The notes beneath the pieces are model-generated. The model saw only the letters and a list, made by a program, of their open reading frames with translations, was not told the origin of the DNA and made no database searches. The position numbers were made by a program, and so were the translations under genes. Below, piece after piece: positions 48,103 to 57,746 of a DNA stretch of 64,000 bases. The DNA comes from an uncultured archaeon (lineage in GTDB: Archaea; Iainarchaeota; Iainarchaeia; Iainarchaeales; VGJJ01), in assembly GCA_964358055.1 (NCBI GenBank), contig CAYHNT010000001.1, positions 3,308 through 67,307 on the forward strand, given 5' to 3'. Position 1 is the stretch's first letter, and every line of letters starts with the position of its first letter.

Positions 48103-48730
48103 AAAAACAAAAGCAAAAATCCCTCCTACGAAAGGAGAGCGTCCCTTTTGGTTAGTCTTAGACGTTCACGGCGTACTGATTCAAAGTTCGGAGCGCTGGA
48201 TCATGACCTTGCTCTCCAAGCGCACGCACCAGCCTAAATGGTTGATGTATCTGCGATGGATGGCCAATATTCGTTTGGCACAGAAAGGAAAGATGCAGGC
48301 CAAAGCGTTTTACGAAAAAGTATTGGACCAAAAACTAACGCAGAAAGAATTCAATGAATGGGTGATGAAGGGATACGCCATGCGCGGAGACATTCCTTTT
48401 CTTATCATGAAAGAATTGATACGATTGAAAAAAGAAGGATGGAAGCTCGCCATTCTCTCGGATATGAATACAGCACAGGCAGAGTTTCATCGTAACAAAA
48501 AACATTTTTCTATTTTTGATGAGGTATTCATTTCCTGCGAAACGGGATTGATGAAGCCTTATCCGGGTGCTTTTTCTGCATTTGAAAAACGACTCAAAAC
48601 GAGGAAGGACCACATTGTGTTCTGCGATGACTTGTGGTTCAATTCCTTCGGTGCAATGTTGCATGGATGGAGAGCCGTCACCATCAAAGGACATAAGCAA
48701 TTGGAACATTTCCTCAAAGATCTACACTAG
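48077..48730 (+). CDS. HAD-like hydrolase with atypical motif I (DxH instead of DxD)
   Basis: VLDVHGVL (motif I variant), ILSD (II), GLMKPYP (III Lys), FCDD (IV). Confidence 0.5.
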   Translation: MFMQAKASKKTKAKIPPTKGERPFWLVLDVHGVLIQSSERWIMTLLSKRTHQPKWLMYLRWMANIRLAQKGKMQAKAFYEKVLDQKLTQKEFNEWVMKGYAMRGDIPFLIMKELIRLKKEGWKLAILSDMNTAQAEFHRNKKHFSIFDEVFISCETGLMKPYPGAFSAFEKRLKTRKDHIVFCDDLWFNSFGAMLHGWRAVTIKGHKQLEHFLKDLH

Positions 48731-48788
48731 TCCTTTTTTTAGGACGAACAACCCATACCTGGTATCGTTTTAGTGGAGCGTGATTGTA

Positions 48789-48983
48789 ATGGTTCGTATT
48801 GTAATGAAAACAGCCCATGGTCCGGTGGAAGTAAAGGTAGGCGATGAGAGCAAATGGATCTGTCAATGCGGACTCACCACGAATCCACCCTTTTGCAGCG
48901 GAATGCACAAGAAAACACTGGATGAGAAAGAAGGAAAAGTGTACGTGTATCACCCCGATGGAACACGTACGGAATTAGCGTAA
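48789..48983 (+). CDS. CDGSH-type iron-sulfur domain protein (variant CSGMH)
   Basis: CQCGLTTNPPFCSGMH fits C-x-C-x2-(S/T)-x3-P-x-C-D-G-(S/A/T)-H with D replaced by S. Confidence 0.5.
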   Translation: MVRIVMKTAHGPVEVKVGDESKWICQCGLTTNPPFCSGMHKKTLDEKEGKVYVYHPDGTRTELA

Positions 48984-48987
48984 ATTT

Positions 48988-49548
48988 TTACTTGCGGTGC
49001 TTCTGCACCGTAGTATTCATTTTTTCTCTATGTGCATCGCTGGGCTTCTCAATGAGCGTGTTGATTTTCCAGTATTTGTTTTGATGATACGCCAGTGATT
49101 CTTTTTCAAACGCCTGACCATGAACCACTTCCCCAACAAACAAATGATGGTCGCCGTGTTTGACAATGTCGATCAGTTTGCATTCTGCATGCAGTGAACT
49201 TCCTTCCACTAATTGCACGTCCAACTTTTTTCCTTTCGTAAACGTAACGCCTAATTCTTCAAGCGCAGAAACTTTCTTTACGTCTTTCCCGCTGCTGTCC
49301 CCAGCAATGGAGGAAACCCAATTTTGATCTTCGGCGGCCAAACTTACTCCGAACATTTTGGTTTCTACAATGTTTTCGGCCGTGGCTTTATGGGGGCCAA
49401 TTGAGACCACTATAATCGCAGGAGAATAACTCGTCAAATAGGTCCATTCGGCCGCCATGATATTCCTTCCATGAGTGCCGTTGCTCGTGATCAACCCCAC
49501 ATTCGTGACAAACTTTTGATGATATTCGCTTCCCCAGGGAAAATCCAT
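48988..49548 (-). CDS. Flavin reductase-like (FMN-binding split-barrel) protein
   Basis: 186 aa. AAEWTYLTSYSPAIIVVSIG...HHLFVGEVVHGQAF matches the Flavin_Reduct family. Confidence 0.7.
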   Translation of the reverse strand: MDFPWGSEYHQKFVTNVGLITSNGTHGRNIMAAEWTYLTSYSPAIIVVSIGPHKATAENIVETKMFGVSLAAEDQNWVSSIAGDSSGKDVKKVSALEELGVTFTKGKKLDVQLVEGSSLHAECKLIDIVKHGDHHLFVGEVVHGQAFEKESLAYHQNKYWKINTLIEKPSDAHREKMNTTVQKHRK

Positions 49549-49943
49549 TTTTTTTCACGCTCCACTAAGAAGTAGGTATCGGACATACGATATTAAAAAG
49601 AGATTCGGCAACCCGTTATAAAAAGTCAAACGTATGTTTGGTGTATGACTGATAAATTACAAAAAAAAGCAAGAAAAAAAATCAATAAGAAACCGAAAAG
49701 TATGTTCGGAGTTTTGAAAGGAAAATTGGGTCCTTTTACGCGCGAAGACAGATGGAACGATCGAGAATGACTTAGTGCTAATTTCCCCCCTGTTTGATAG
49801 TTCAACCACTTAACCATTCCTTGGCTTTTTTTCATCGCGTTTGATTTCGAAAAGTGGTATTTTTTCACGGAACTTTAGCTTCCAAAGCTTTTTATTTCGC
49901 AATTATTATATACGTGTTCCCACATAAGTGCTATGTGGTGTTT

Positions 49944-50192
49944 ATGCCGAATATGACCCTCTCCTTCCCACCTGAAACGAAGAAGCGTATGGAACAGCAT
50001 CCGCATGTGCGCTGGTCAAATGTAGTACGTACTATCATTGAACAAAAATTAGACGATTTTGAGGAAGCGGAGCGACTGGCTAAAAAGAGCCGCTTAACTC
50101 AAAAGGATGTGGATGAACTTACTGCAAAGGTGAATCAGGGCATGCGGAAGCGCGCGGAGGCGATGTTGCATGAACATCACCGTCGACGCTAA
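49944..50192 (+). CDS. vapB: Putative VapB-like antitoxin (RHH/CopG-like)
   Basis: 83 aa overlapping the PIN gene by 23 nt. Charged helical C-terminus. A 7-bp inverted repeat (49920-49938) lies 6 nt upstream of the ATG. Confidence 0.4.
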   Translation: MPNMTLSFPPETKKRMEQHPHVRWSNVVRTIIEQKLDDFEEAERLAKKSRLTQKDVDELTAKVNQGMRKRAEAMLHEHHRRR

Positions 50193-50580
50193 TGTTCTCT
50201 TTTCAGCACTCTTGAAAGATAGCGGTACTCGTCATCTCTGGTTTAATCCGGAGTTCACCTTATTTGCCCCCGCTTATTTGCGGATCGAATTCACCAAATA
50301 TGAAGGGGAATTGCGCAGAAAATTTACAGGCACGGATAAGGAATTTATAGAATGGGCTGCCAAATTCTTTGCACAAATCCGATTTATTCAAGATGAAGAG
50401 TTAGCCCCCTTTCTTCCGGCAGCCGCTTCTCTGATTCATGATCCTAAAGACTGGCTTTATTTGGCATGTGCACTAAAGGAAAATACCATTATTTGGAGCC
50501 AGGATAAAGGATTCAAAGAACAGAAACGAATTTCGATAAAAACGACGAACGAATTGATGGAAGAATTTGGAGGACTTTGA
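50170..50580 (+). CDS. vapC: PIN-domain ribonuclease (VapC-like toxin)
   Basis: MNITVDANVLFSAL with conserved Asp6, later DPKD and SQDKGF acidic residues. 136 aa. Confidence 0.6.
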   Translation: MNITVDANVLFSALLKDSGTRHLWFNPEFTLFAPAYLRIEFTKYEGELRRKFTGTDKEFIEWAAKFFAQIRFIQDEELAPFLPAAASLIHDPKDWLYLACALKENTIIWSQDKGFKEQKRISIKTTNELMEEFGGL

Positions 50581-50669
50581 GAAGGTCACGAATGAACACT
50601 TAAAAGGGAAAAATACGGTACAATTGCGTTGAGAATTATCTTTCAATTCCTTTTTTATGTCGCTTATTT

Positions 50670-51644
50670 TCAGGTTGTCGTATTTTCCCAATGTAAATTT
50701 TTAATTGGTCTTTTTTCGGCCATATCAAACCATTCCCGGAAGAAATCAGCCGTGCTATCACCTCTATTGGCGAGAAGAATATTGCCTCCAAAAATACGTC
50801 GAATTCGGCTTACTGCAGTGTTGTCATTTCCTTTGCATGTTCCAAATATTTCCTTACCTAAATAGTCAGCGATGTTCAACCGCTCCATGTTTAATTTATG
50901 GTATCCAAATCCAATGAAGCAGATGACATCAGCATCTTTTAATGCGAGCTGAGCTCTTTCAAATTCGCTAAATCTATCATCCTCTTCATGGATTACTCTA
51001 ATCCCCTGATATGCGCTCTTTATCGCAGGAAGCTGTTCTTCAATGGTTATCGGCCAACCATATTCTCTGCCGTTCTCTTCCTGCCAATCGAGAGGTCCAA
51101 GCTTTCCATGTACATGTATGATTGGAATATTTTTTAGTTTTTCTTCGCATTTTTCTTTCGTCATTTTCTGGGACGAGTGCATCAGTGCTTGATGGAGGAA
51201 GTGTTCAAGGGAACGGTCGTAATTGAACGTGATTATTGATATGTTGCTATTGTTGAAATTTTCGGGCCCATCCTTATTGAATTCTCTAAAGAGCGTGCTG
51301 TAAAATTGCGATTTTTTGCTGAGATCTGTATCTCTTTCTCTTTTCATTAAGATTGCGGCGATGCATGCTTTTCCCATTTCAGCATAGTCTGGGAATTCTT
51401 TCAGATATGCGTCGATAGAAGTTTCTTGTGAGAATCGAAGTGATTCCCTGAATGGCGCCATTTTGTGAGAATCAGTATCGAACTCAAGTTTTTCTAGGTA
51501 TTTGATGAGGCTTCCGTTTGGGTCTATCCCTTCTTGGATTTCTTTCTTGACTGCATCTCCAGTAGGATAACTTAAATCCGCACTGACTCCTGCCCCCAGA
51601 ACAAGTGTTAATTTTCGTTGAACCATTCTTCTCTCTCCATGCAC
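50670..51644 (-). CDS. Stand-alone SIR2-like (SIR2_2 family) protein, a putative NADase/defence effector
   Basis: KLTLVLGAGVS, IITFNYDRSLEHFL and IIHVHGKLG correspond to the GAGxS / TxNYD / HG motifs of the SIR2_2 family. Confidence 0.55.
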   Translation of the reverse strand: MHGERRMVQRKLTLVLGAGVSADLSYPTGDAVKKEIQEGIDPNGSLIKYLEKLEFDTDSHKMAPFRESLRFSQETSIDAYLKEFPDYAEMGKACIAAILMKRERDTDLSKKSQFYSTLFREFNKDGPENFNNSNISIITFNYDRSLEHFLHQALMHSSQKMTKEKCEEKLKNIPIIHVHGKLGPLDWQEENGREYGWPITIEEQLPAIKSAYQGIRVIHEEDDRFSEFERAQLALKDADVICFIGFGYHKLNMERLNIADYLGKEIFGTCKGNDNTAVSRIRRIFGGNILLANRGDSTADFFREWFDMAEKRPIKNLHWENTTT

Positions 51645-51695
51645 TTTGAAGTAATCTCCTACAGCATAACGGGAGACGTATCGAAAGTCAACTAG

Positions 51696-51769
51696 TGCAC
51701 CGGGGAGGATTTGAACCTCCGACCTTCCGATTATCAGTCGGATGCTCTACCAGGCTAAGCTACCAGTGC
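51696..51769 (-). tRNA. tRNA-Ile (anticodon GAU)
   Basis: Hand-folded: acceptor GCACTGG/CCGGTGC (one G-U), anticodon stem TCCGA/TCGGA with loop CTGATAA, T-arm GGAGG-TTCAAAT-CCTCC. Confidence 0.85.
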
Positions 51770-51826
51770 GTCTAGCAAAGATGGCAATGGAATGCTTTTA
51801 AAGACTCTTTTGGGGGCAACCATCAT

Positions 51827-52765
51827 ATGAGCATTGTAAAGTATGCCGGTCTCCGTCTCTCTTCCCCTGCCGTATTAGCCCCCATGTCAGGTGTTTCGAC
51901 GTTGCCCTTTCGTTTACTCTGTAAAGAGCTGGGCGCCGGTTTAACGTACACCGAATTTGCCTCGGCCATTGCCATTGCGCGAAACCTCGCAAATAGGGCG
52001 AGCAATAATAAGGTGTTTGCGCGCGTGGAAACCGTGAAAGAGGAACATCCTGTCGGGGTGCAGTTGTTTGCTCCCAATGAAAAAGACTTGGGAACGGCCA
52101 TCGAATACGTCGAGAAAGATTTTGATTTGGTGGACATTAATTTCGGCTGCCCTTCCCCTAAAATTACAGGAGGGGGGTGCGGGGCGTTCTTGTTGAGAGA
52201 ACCGGAGAAACTTATTTCACTCATTAAAGCCGCCGTGTCCGTTTCGAGCAAGCCCGTGACGTGCAAGTTACGCATGGGCTGGGACAAGCCCGTATTGCAT
52301 GAGTTTGTGGAAAAAATCCAGGACGCAGGAGTGCAGGGAATCGCAGTGCATGCACGCACAGCATTGCAAGGATATAGCGGTAAGGCCGATTGGGAATACA
52401 TCAAAAAAATAAAATCACTCATCAGCATTCCTGTAATTGGAAATGGAGACATTGGAAATGCAAACGATCTGTTTGATAAAATTCAAAATAATTACTGCGA
52501 TGTGGTCATGGTGGGAAGAGCCGCGTGGAATAATCCAAGTATTTTTTCCGAAGTAGCCGGGTTAAACGTTCCCTCACGAAATGAAGTATTGCAAAAATAT
52601 TTTTCATTGTGCCAAAAACATCCTGTTACGGATTTAATCGATGTCAAGGCACAAGTTTCAGGAATTTTTTCCGGAATGCCCAATGCGAAGAAAGTACGGG
52701 TTGAAATGATGCAGGCCCAGAGTTTGGAAAACGTTCAGGCGATTGCATTGGGAAATGTGATATAG
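51827..52765 (+). CDS. dus: tRNA-dihydrouridine synthase (Dus family, FMN-dependent)
   Basis: VLAPMSGVSTLPFR, INFGCPSPKI, and the GxxAxxxG and KxR regions typical of Dus. Confidence 0.8.
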   Translation: MSIVKYAGLRLSSPAVLAPMSGVSTLPFRLLCKELGAGLTYTEFASAIAIARNLANRASNNKVFARVETVKEEHPVGVQLFAPNEKDLGTAIEYVEKDFDLVDINFGCPSPKITGGGCGAFLLREPEKLISLIKAAVSVSSKPVTCKLRMGWDKPVLHEFVEKIQDAGVQGIAVHARTALQGYSGKADWEYIKKIKSLISIPVIGNGDIGNANDLFDKIQNNYCDVVMVGRAAWNNPSIFSEVAGLNVPSRNEVLQKYFSLCQKHPVTDLIDVKAQVSGIFSGMPNAKKVRVEMMQAQSLENVQAIALGNVI

Positions 52766-52766
52766 A

Positions 52767-53384
52767 GTGTTAGAAGACCAGAAAGAAAATGCCGATTCGT
52801 ACAATCGAGACCCCAATTACTACGAGGCTAAATTCAAGAAGCATTTTCAGCAGTATGCCCTTCCGGATGCGGAGCGTTTTATTTCCGAGCTTAAGGGTAA
52901 AAAAATCCTTGACGTGGGTTGCGGTCCAGGGGTATATTTGGATTATTTTAGGGAAAAAGAATTGGATGCACTTGGAATTGATTTGTCGAATACTTTTTTG
53001 GATCGTTGCGAGTCAAAAGGATTGAATGTGCGCAAGATGGATATGGAGCAGCCCTTGCTTTATCCGTATTCCTTTGATGGTATCTGGGCGACTGCTGCGA
53101 TATTGCACGTGCCACGCGAACGTGTTCCCAAATTGATTGAAACATGGGCCAAGCTTCTCAAACCCCGCGGCCTACTGTGGGTGACCGTAAAAGAAGGAGA
53201 AAAAGAAGGATTCGAGCCTGCGGAGAATGGAGATTCAAGCAAACGTTGGTTTACTTACTTTACTGAAGACGAATTAAAAAAAATAGTTGGAACACGATTT
53301 GACGTGGTGTACGGCTACAAGCAGGTCACAGATAATCAGAAAACATGGATTAAGTATTTGTTTCGTTTGAAACCAGCAAAATAA
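52767..53384 (+). CDS. Class I SAM-dependent methyltransferase
   Basis: KILDVGCGPGVYLDYF (motif I) and LKPRGLLWVTV (motif II-like). Confidence 0.75.
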   Translation: MLEDQKENADSYNRDPNYYEAKFKKHFQQYALPDAERFISELKGKKILDVGCGPGVYLDYFREKELDALGIDLSNTFLDRCESKGLNVRKMDMEQPLLYPYSFDGIWATAAILHVPRERVPKLIETWAKLLKPRGLLWVTVKEGEKEGFEPAENGDSSKRWFTYFTEDELKKIVGTRFDVVYGYKQVTDNQKTWIKYLFRLKPAK

Positions 53385-53442
53385 AGAGTAGGAATGATCC
53401 ATGAATCCGGGCCTTGTGCGTGGCCCGAACTCTCGGATGTTG

Positions 53443-53736
53443 TTAGGGGAGTTTCTCTTCGATGACTGGTTTTTTCTCCGGTACTTCTCTAATGATTTCG
53501 TGTACAACCTCGCGGACTACGATGGTGTTTACCGCGCTAGGTTCGGGGAATATATTATCCAACACGACCACGGGAACAAGAGATGCGCCACAGTGCGTCC
53601 CCGGGTCTTTGGATAGGAATCCGCAAAAGTTGCACTTGTATGCATTTTTGTACATACGAGGCCTCCTTCGCAAAAGGAATGCCTCTTTTCGAGTGTAAAA
53701 GGTCTCGCTTTGCCTGTTTAGGTTGTTAAAAAGCAT
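53443..53736 (-). CDS. Small hypothetical protein with a CxxC..HC motif
   Basis: 97 aa. YKCNFCG...THCG is a possible zinc ribbon. Competes with the overlapping +strand ORF 53401..53616. Confidence 0.25.
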   Translation of the reverse strand: MLFNNLNRQSETFYTRKEAFLLRRRPRMYKNAYKCNFCGFLSKDPGTHCGASLVPVVVLDNIFPEPSAVNTIVVREVVHEIIREVPEKKPVIEEKLP

Positions 53737-53757
53737 TCCTCTTGTTGCGCGTTCGGG

Positions 53758-54174
53758 CTACAAATCAAATCCAATGAGGAGCGTGGCCTCGTCTCCCTCT
53801 ACGCGCACTTTCTTGGACAGCCATCCGTGAATTTCAATCCCTGGTGAAGAAGAAACCACATTGTGTGCGGGCACCTCAGGAAAAACAACGGGTGGAAAAA
53901 CGATTTCCCCGTTTTCTTTTTTCACGATGTTCTGCACCGGCTCCCTCCAATTGGAGTCGTGAATTAAACACACGCAGTATTGTCGTCTCGCTGCTTCCAA
54001 TACCCCTAAATTATTCGCATCCTCATGTGCCGTGACGTGTTTTTTTTCGTCTGCAGAAAGCAAATAGTAGCGTGTAATCCCCTGCAACAGGGAAAGCTGG
54101 TGGATAATATGTTTGACCTCGCGGGGGACATCCATACGGGTAATAGAGGGCTTTTCCTTATATTTGGTCAGCAT
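53758..54174 (-). CDS. Hypothetical protein
   Basis: 138 aa. No motif recognised. Confidence 0.4.
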   Translation of the reverse strand: MLTKYKEKPSITRMDVPREVKHIIHQLSLLQGITRYYLLSADEKKHVTAHEDANNLGVLEAARRQYCVCLIHDSNWREPVQNIVKKENGEIVFPPVVFPEVPAHNVVSSSPGIEIHGWLSKKVRVEGDEATLLIGFDL

Positions 54175-54199
54175 GAATCTTGCTTAAAATGAAAAACAA

Positions 54200-55963
54200 T
54201 CATGTTTTTTTGAGCAGGGCGAGCTTTTTCTCTAGGATAGTAAATCCTTTTCTCCAGCTTTGCTTTTGATTGGGATCAAACCCTATTTCGTTGAGCATTT
54301 TTTCAGGAGATTCACTCCCTCCATAGGAGAGGAATTTCAAATAGCGCGGAATGAAATCCTTCCCTTCTTTCTGGTACATCTCCCATAATGCAAGCACGAG
54401 TAGTTGTCCAAATGCATACGCGTACACGTAAAATGGCGAATGAAAAAAGTGCGATATCATCCCCCATTCGTATTTCGTATGGGCAGGCAATTGCATTTTT
54501 TTTCCGAACTGCAAACGAAGGTTTTGGGCGTATAACTCATTTAATTCAGGAATCGATTTTCCCTCACGAATGGCATTGAATGCATCCACTTCGAATAATG
54601 AAAAGAAGGATTGACGTTGAATTGAAGCGTACGCCTCGTCTAATTGATATGCGAGAATATGTCGTTGCATTTCTTCATTGGGATTTTCTTCAAGCATTCG
54701 TTCGAGCACCAGCATTTCCCCAAACGTAGACGCGGTCTCCGCTAAGGGAAGGCCGGCTTGTTGGAGAAAAATAGAATGGTGCCCCGACACATGATCGTGC
54801 ACCGCGTGTCCCAATTCGTGTGCGAGCGTGGTGACGTCGTGTAAGTGATTGGTCCAATTGAGCATAACAAAAGCGGTTTCTTTTCCTGAAACACCGGCGC
54901 AAAATGCGCCTCCTTGTTTTCCTTTTCTCGTGGGAACATCGAGTCGTTTTTCTTTCAATACGCGATGGGCCTGCTCTTTGAAGTGGGGAGAAAATTGCTC
55001 ATAGGTATCCATTACGTAGGAATATCCCTCATTGAATGTCCATTTTTTCTCCTTATGAGGAAGAGGCGCGTACACGTGATAACGAGAATAGGGCACGCGC
55101 AGCGTTTTCATTTTCCATTCCATGTATCCTTGGAAAATGGAGGTGTTTTTTCTACACACCTCAAGGAAGTTTTCCACTAATTCATCCGGCAAATCATTTG
55201 AAAGATTGCGTACGGAAATAGGATGTTTGTACTTGCGAAGGGACACGCCTTCATTCCAATGATCTAATGCGATATGGGTGTAAATTTCGCCTATCTTTCC
55301 ATTATGCTCCTTGAATTTATTCCATATCATATCATAGGCCTTGATTCGAATGGCAGGATTAGCATCCCTCACGTTTGAGCGAAGCTCCTCTTCGGTTATC
55401 ATCTCTGTTTTCTTTCCTTTCTTCCAAGGAAACGTAAATTCGTTCGTGAGAAGGTCGTAGATTTTAATTAACGCATTTTCTCCCGTGCTATCCTTGAGAT
55501 TGATGAGCTGTTCTTCTTTTTCGGAAAGCAAGTGTTTCTTGTATTTTCGCATCTCAATAAGCGCCCGGGCATGCTCTTTATTTTTTGGCAAAAATTTGCG
55601 CGCGGTTTTATCCTCTAGATTTTTCCACCACAGCCCAAAGAACAATGTCTTATTCCCCATGCGCGTGAAGAATTGATTCACATTTGTTTCAATGGCTTTC
55701 GCTTCCTCATTCATGGTGTTTTGGGCAAAAAAGAGATGAGAATATGTGCCAATACGATGGCCCTTTTCAGCCATACGTTCATTGAGCTCCATGAGCTTGC
55801 CAACTAGTTCTTTTGTTGGACGTGTTTCGAGTGCTTTTCGATACGAGGCGAACTCGTTAATCTTTTTTTCATAGGGCTTGAGCTCGCCGAGAACATGACG
55901 GGAAGTAGGATAGAGTTGGTTGAGGTTCCACTCGGGAAGTTTGGGAGAGCCTTTCATATTCAC
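54200..55963 (-). CDS. pepF: Oligoendopeptidase F (M3B family metallopeptidase)
   Basis: 587 aa. HELGHAVH zinc motif and the overall PepF-like length and pattern. Confidence 0.85.
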   Translation of the reverse strand: MNMKGSPKLPEWNLNQLYPTSRHVLGELKPYEKKINEFASYRKALETRPTKELVGKLMELNERMAEKGHRIGTYSHLFFAQNTMNEEAKAIETNVNQFFTRMGNKTLFFGLWWKNLEDKTARKFLPKNKEHARALIEMRKYKKHLLSEKEEQLINLKDSTGENALIKIYDLLTNEFTFPWKKGKKTEMITEEELRSNVRDANPAIRIKAYDMIWNKFKEHNGKIGEIYTHIALDHWNEGVSLRKYKHPISVRNLSNDLPDELVENFLEVCRKNTSIFQGYMEWKMKTLRVPYSRYHVYAPLPHKEKKWTFNEGYSYVMDTYEQFSPHFKEQAHRVLKEKRLDVPTRKGKQGGAFCAGVSGKETAFVMLNWTNHLHDVTTLAHELGHAVHDHVSGHHSIFLQQAGLPLAETASTFGEMLVLERMLEENPNEEMQRHILAYQLDEAYASIQRQSFFSLFEVDAFNAIREGKSIPELNELYAQNLRLQFGKKMQLPAHTKYEWGMISHFFHSPFYVYAYAFGQLLVLALWEMYQKEGKDFIPRYLKFLSYGGSESPEKMLNEIGFDPNQKQSWRKGFTILEKKLALLKKT

Positions 55964-55991
55964 ACTGGGTCATGGCTTGAATAAATAGCTA

Positions 55992-57746
55992 CTAGGTGTC
56001 ATTCCCATTTCCCTGTTGTTCTCTCCAGTAGGCATAATAGAGTCCTTTCTTGCGCACCAGTTGGGCGTGGGTGCCATCCTCGATGACGCGTCCTTTTTCG
56101 AGGACATAAATGCTATCCGCATGCGTAATGGTAGAGAGTCGGTGTGCAATTAATACGAAGATAATCTCAGGACGATTCTTCTTCAGTTCATGAATCGTCT
56201 CCGTGATGGATTTTTCGGTAATTGAGTCCAATGAACTAGTTGCTTCATCGAATATCAAAATGTCCGGGTCGCGTAAGAGTGCGCGGGCAATTGCCAATCG
56301 CTGCTTTTCCCCACCTGAGAGTTTGATTCCCCCTTCTCCAATCTTATTGTTCAATCCTTTTTCTCCCCGTATAATGAGATGTTGCGCGTTGGCGTACTTG
56401 AGTGCGTCAATCATTTCCTTTTCACTTGCGTGGGGATTTACAAACAATAGATTTTCACGAATGGTCCCGGCAAACAACTGTGTTTCCTGTGCCACGATCC
56501 CAATGCGCTTGCGCAGCGCTTCCGTGTCTAGCTTCTTCACGTCCATCCCATTAATGGTGATTTTTCCTTGCGTGGGGGAATACAATCCCGTGAGGAGCTT
56601 GATGAGAGTGGATTTTCCACTCCCACTGGCACCTGCAAATGCGACGGTTTCCCCTGCACTAATTTCAATATTGATCTCATTCACAGAGGGGATTTGATTC
56701 GAGGAATAGTGAAATGAGACGTTCTCGTAATTGATATGTTTAATTTTAGTCAAGGGAGAAGGATTCTTGGGCTTGGCCTCTGGAGGAAGTGCGAGGATTT
56801 CCTCTAATGCATCCAATGAAGCACGGGCTTCCTGGTAGCGCTGTGCCACTGTCCCTAATTCGGAAAGTGGTCCAAATATGAAGAAGGAATAGAAGAGTAG
56901 TGAAAACAGCGCACCCAGTGTTATTTCTCCAGTGAACACGAGCCAGAGCATCAATCCTAATAGCCCGGTGCGCAGCGCATTGATGAGGGTTCCTTGTACG
57001 AATGCAAGTAGTCGCACCAGCTTGACCTTGGTGAGTTCTAATGTGAGTATTTTTTCATTCACCTGATTTAAACGAGCAATTTCCTGTCCTTCAAGTCCCA
57101 TGCTCTTGACTAATTCGACATTTCGAATAGTTTCGGTAGTACTCCCTGCAAGTTCAGCGGTTTCCGACACAATGGCCTTTTGGGCAGTCTTGATACGTGA
57201 GGAAAGCGTGTAGGTAATAATTCCAATCAACGGCATCATCACCAAATACGCGGCCGCCACGGCCCAGTGAACGGTGTACGCGTAAATGAGGACAAATACA
57301 ATCCCCACCACTGAGAAAAATAATACCCCAATCATGATTTCGATAAAACCCTGCATGTCCGTGCGTGCTTTTTGGAGTTTCTGCAATATCTCTCCTGAGC
57401 GTCGATCCTCAAACACGGCATACGGGAGAGAAAACGTGTGCTCTACACTCCGTGCGTACATTTCAGTCCCCACCCGTTGCGTGATGACGTTGACGAAATA
57501 TTCCTGGAACGTTTTGGCGGTGCGCGAAACGAATGCCACGGCCATAGATCCTAACAAGAGTAGGGTGACTCCTTGCAAAAATTGATCCGTGGTTAACTCC
57601 CCTACTTTCGTGGCATAATCATCGATGACAAACCTAAAAATGAGGGGGTCCATCAGGGAGAATATTTGGTTGATGGCCGCGAGTAACAACGCAAGTGCGA
57701 TGGTTCGCTTATGGTTTCGCAGGAACTTCCATCCGGGGAGAATCAT
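55992..57746 (-). CDS. ABC transporter, fused permease/ATP-binding exporter (MsbA/MdlB-like)
   Basis: 584 aa. Six-TM N-domain. GASGSGKST (Walker A), LSGGEKQRLAIARAL (signature), ILIFDEATSSLD (Walker B). Confidence 0.9.
   Translation of the reverse strand: MILPGWKFLRNHKRTIALALLLAAINQIFSLMDPLIFRFVIDDYATKVGELTTDQFLQGVTLLLLGSMAVAFVSRTAKTFQEYFVNVITQRVGTEMYARSVEHTFSLPYAVFEDRRSGEILQKLQKARTDMQGFIEIMIGVLFFSVVGIVFVLIYAYTVHWAVAAAYLVMMPLIGIITYTLSSRIKTAQKAIVSETAELAGSTTETIRNVELVKSMGLEGQEIARLNQVNEKILTLELTKVKLVRLLAFVQGTLINALRTGLLGLMLWLVFTGEITLGALFSLLFYSFFIFGPLSELGTVAQRYQEARASLDALEEILALPPEAKPKNPSPLTKIKHINYENVSFHYSSNQIPSVNEINIEISAGETVAFAGASGSGKSTLIKLLTGLYSPTQGKITINGMDVKKLDTEALRKRIGIVAQETQLFAGTIRENLLFVNPHASEKEMIDALKYANAQHLIIRGEKGLNNKIGEGGIKLSGGEKQRLAIARALLRDPDILIFDEATSSLDSITEKSITETIHELKKNRPEIIFVLIAHRLSTITHADSIYVLEKGRVIEDGTHAQLVRKKGLYYAYWREQQGNGNDT

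Noticed and set aside
49626-49868. 80-aa minus-strand ORF in the AT-rich spacer
   Set aside because: Its low-complexity Lys/Phe-rich translation is typical of AT-rich non-coding DNA. No RBS or TATA is appropriately placed.
53200-53240. GGATTCGAGCC T-loop-like sequence
   Set aside because: No flanking acceptor/anticodon stems could be built, and it lies inside the methyltransferase CDS.
53401-53616. 71-aa +strand ORF
   Set aside because: It competes with the minus-strand ORF 53443..53736, which has a CxxC/HC pair. Neither is strongly supported, so the plus one was dropped.
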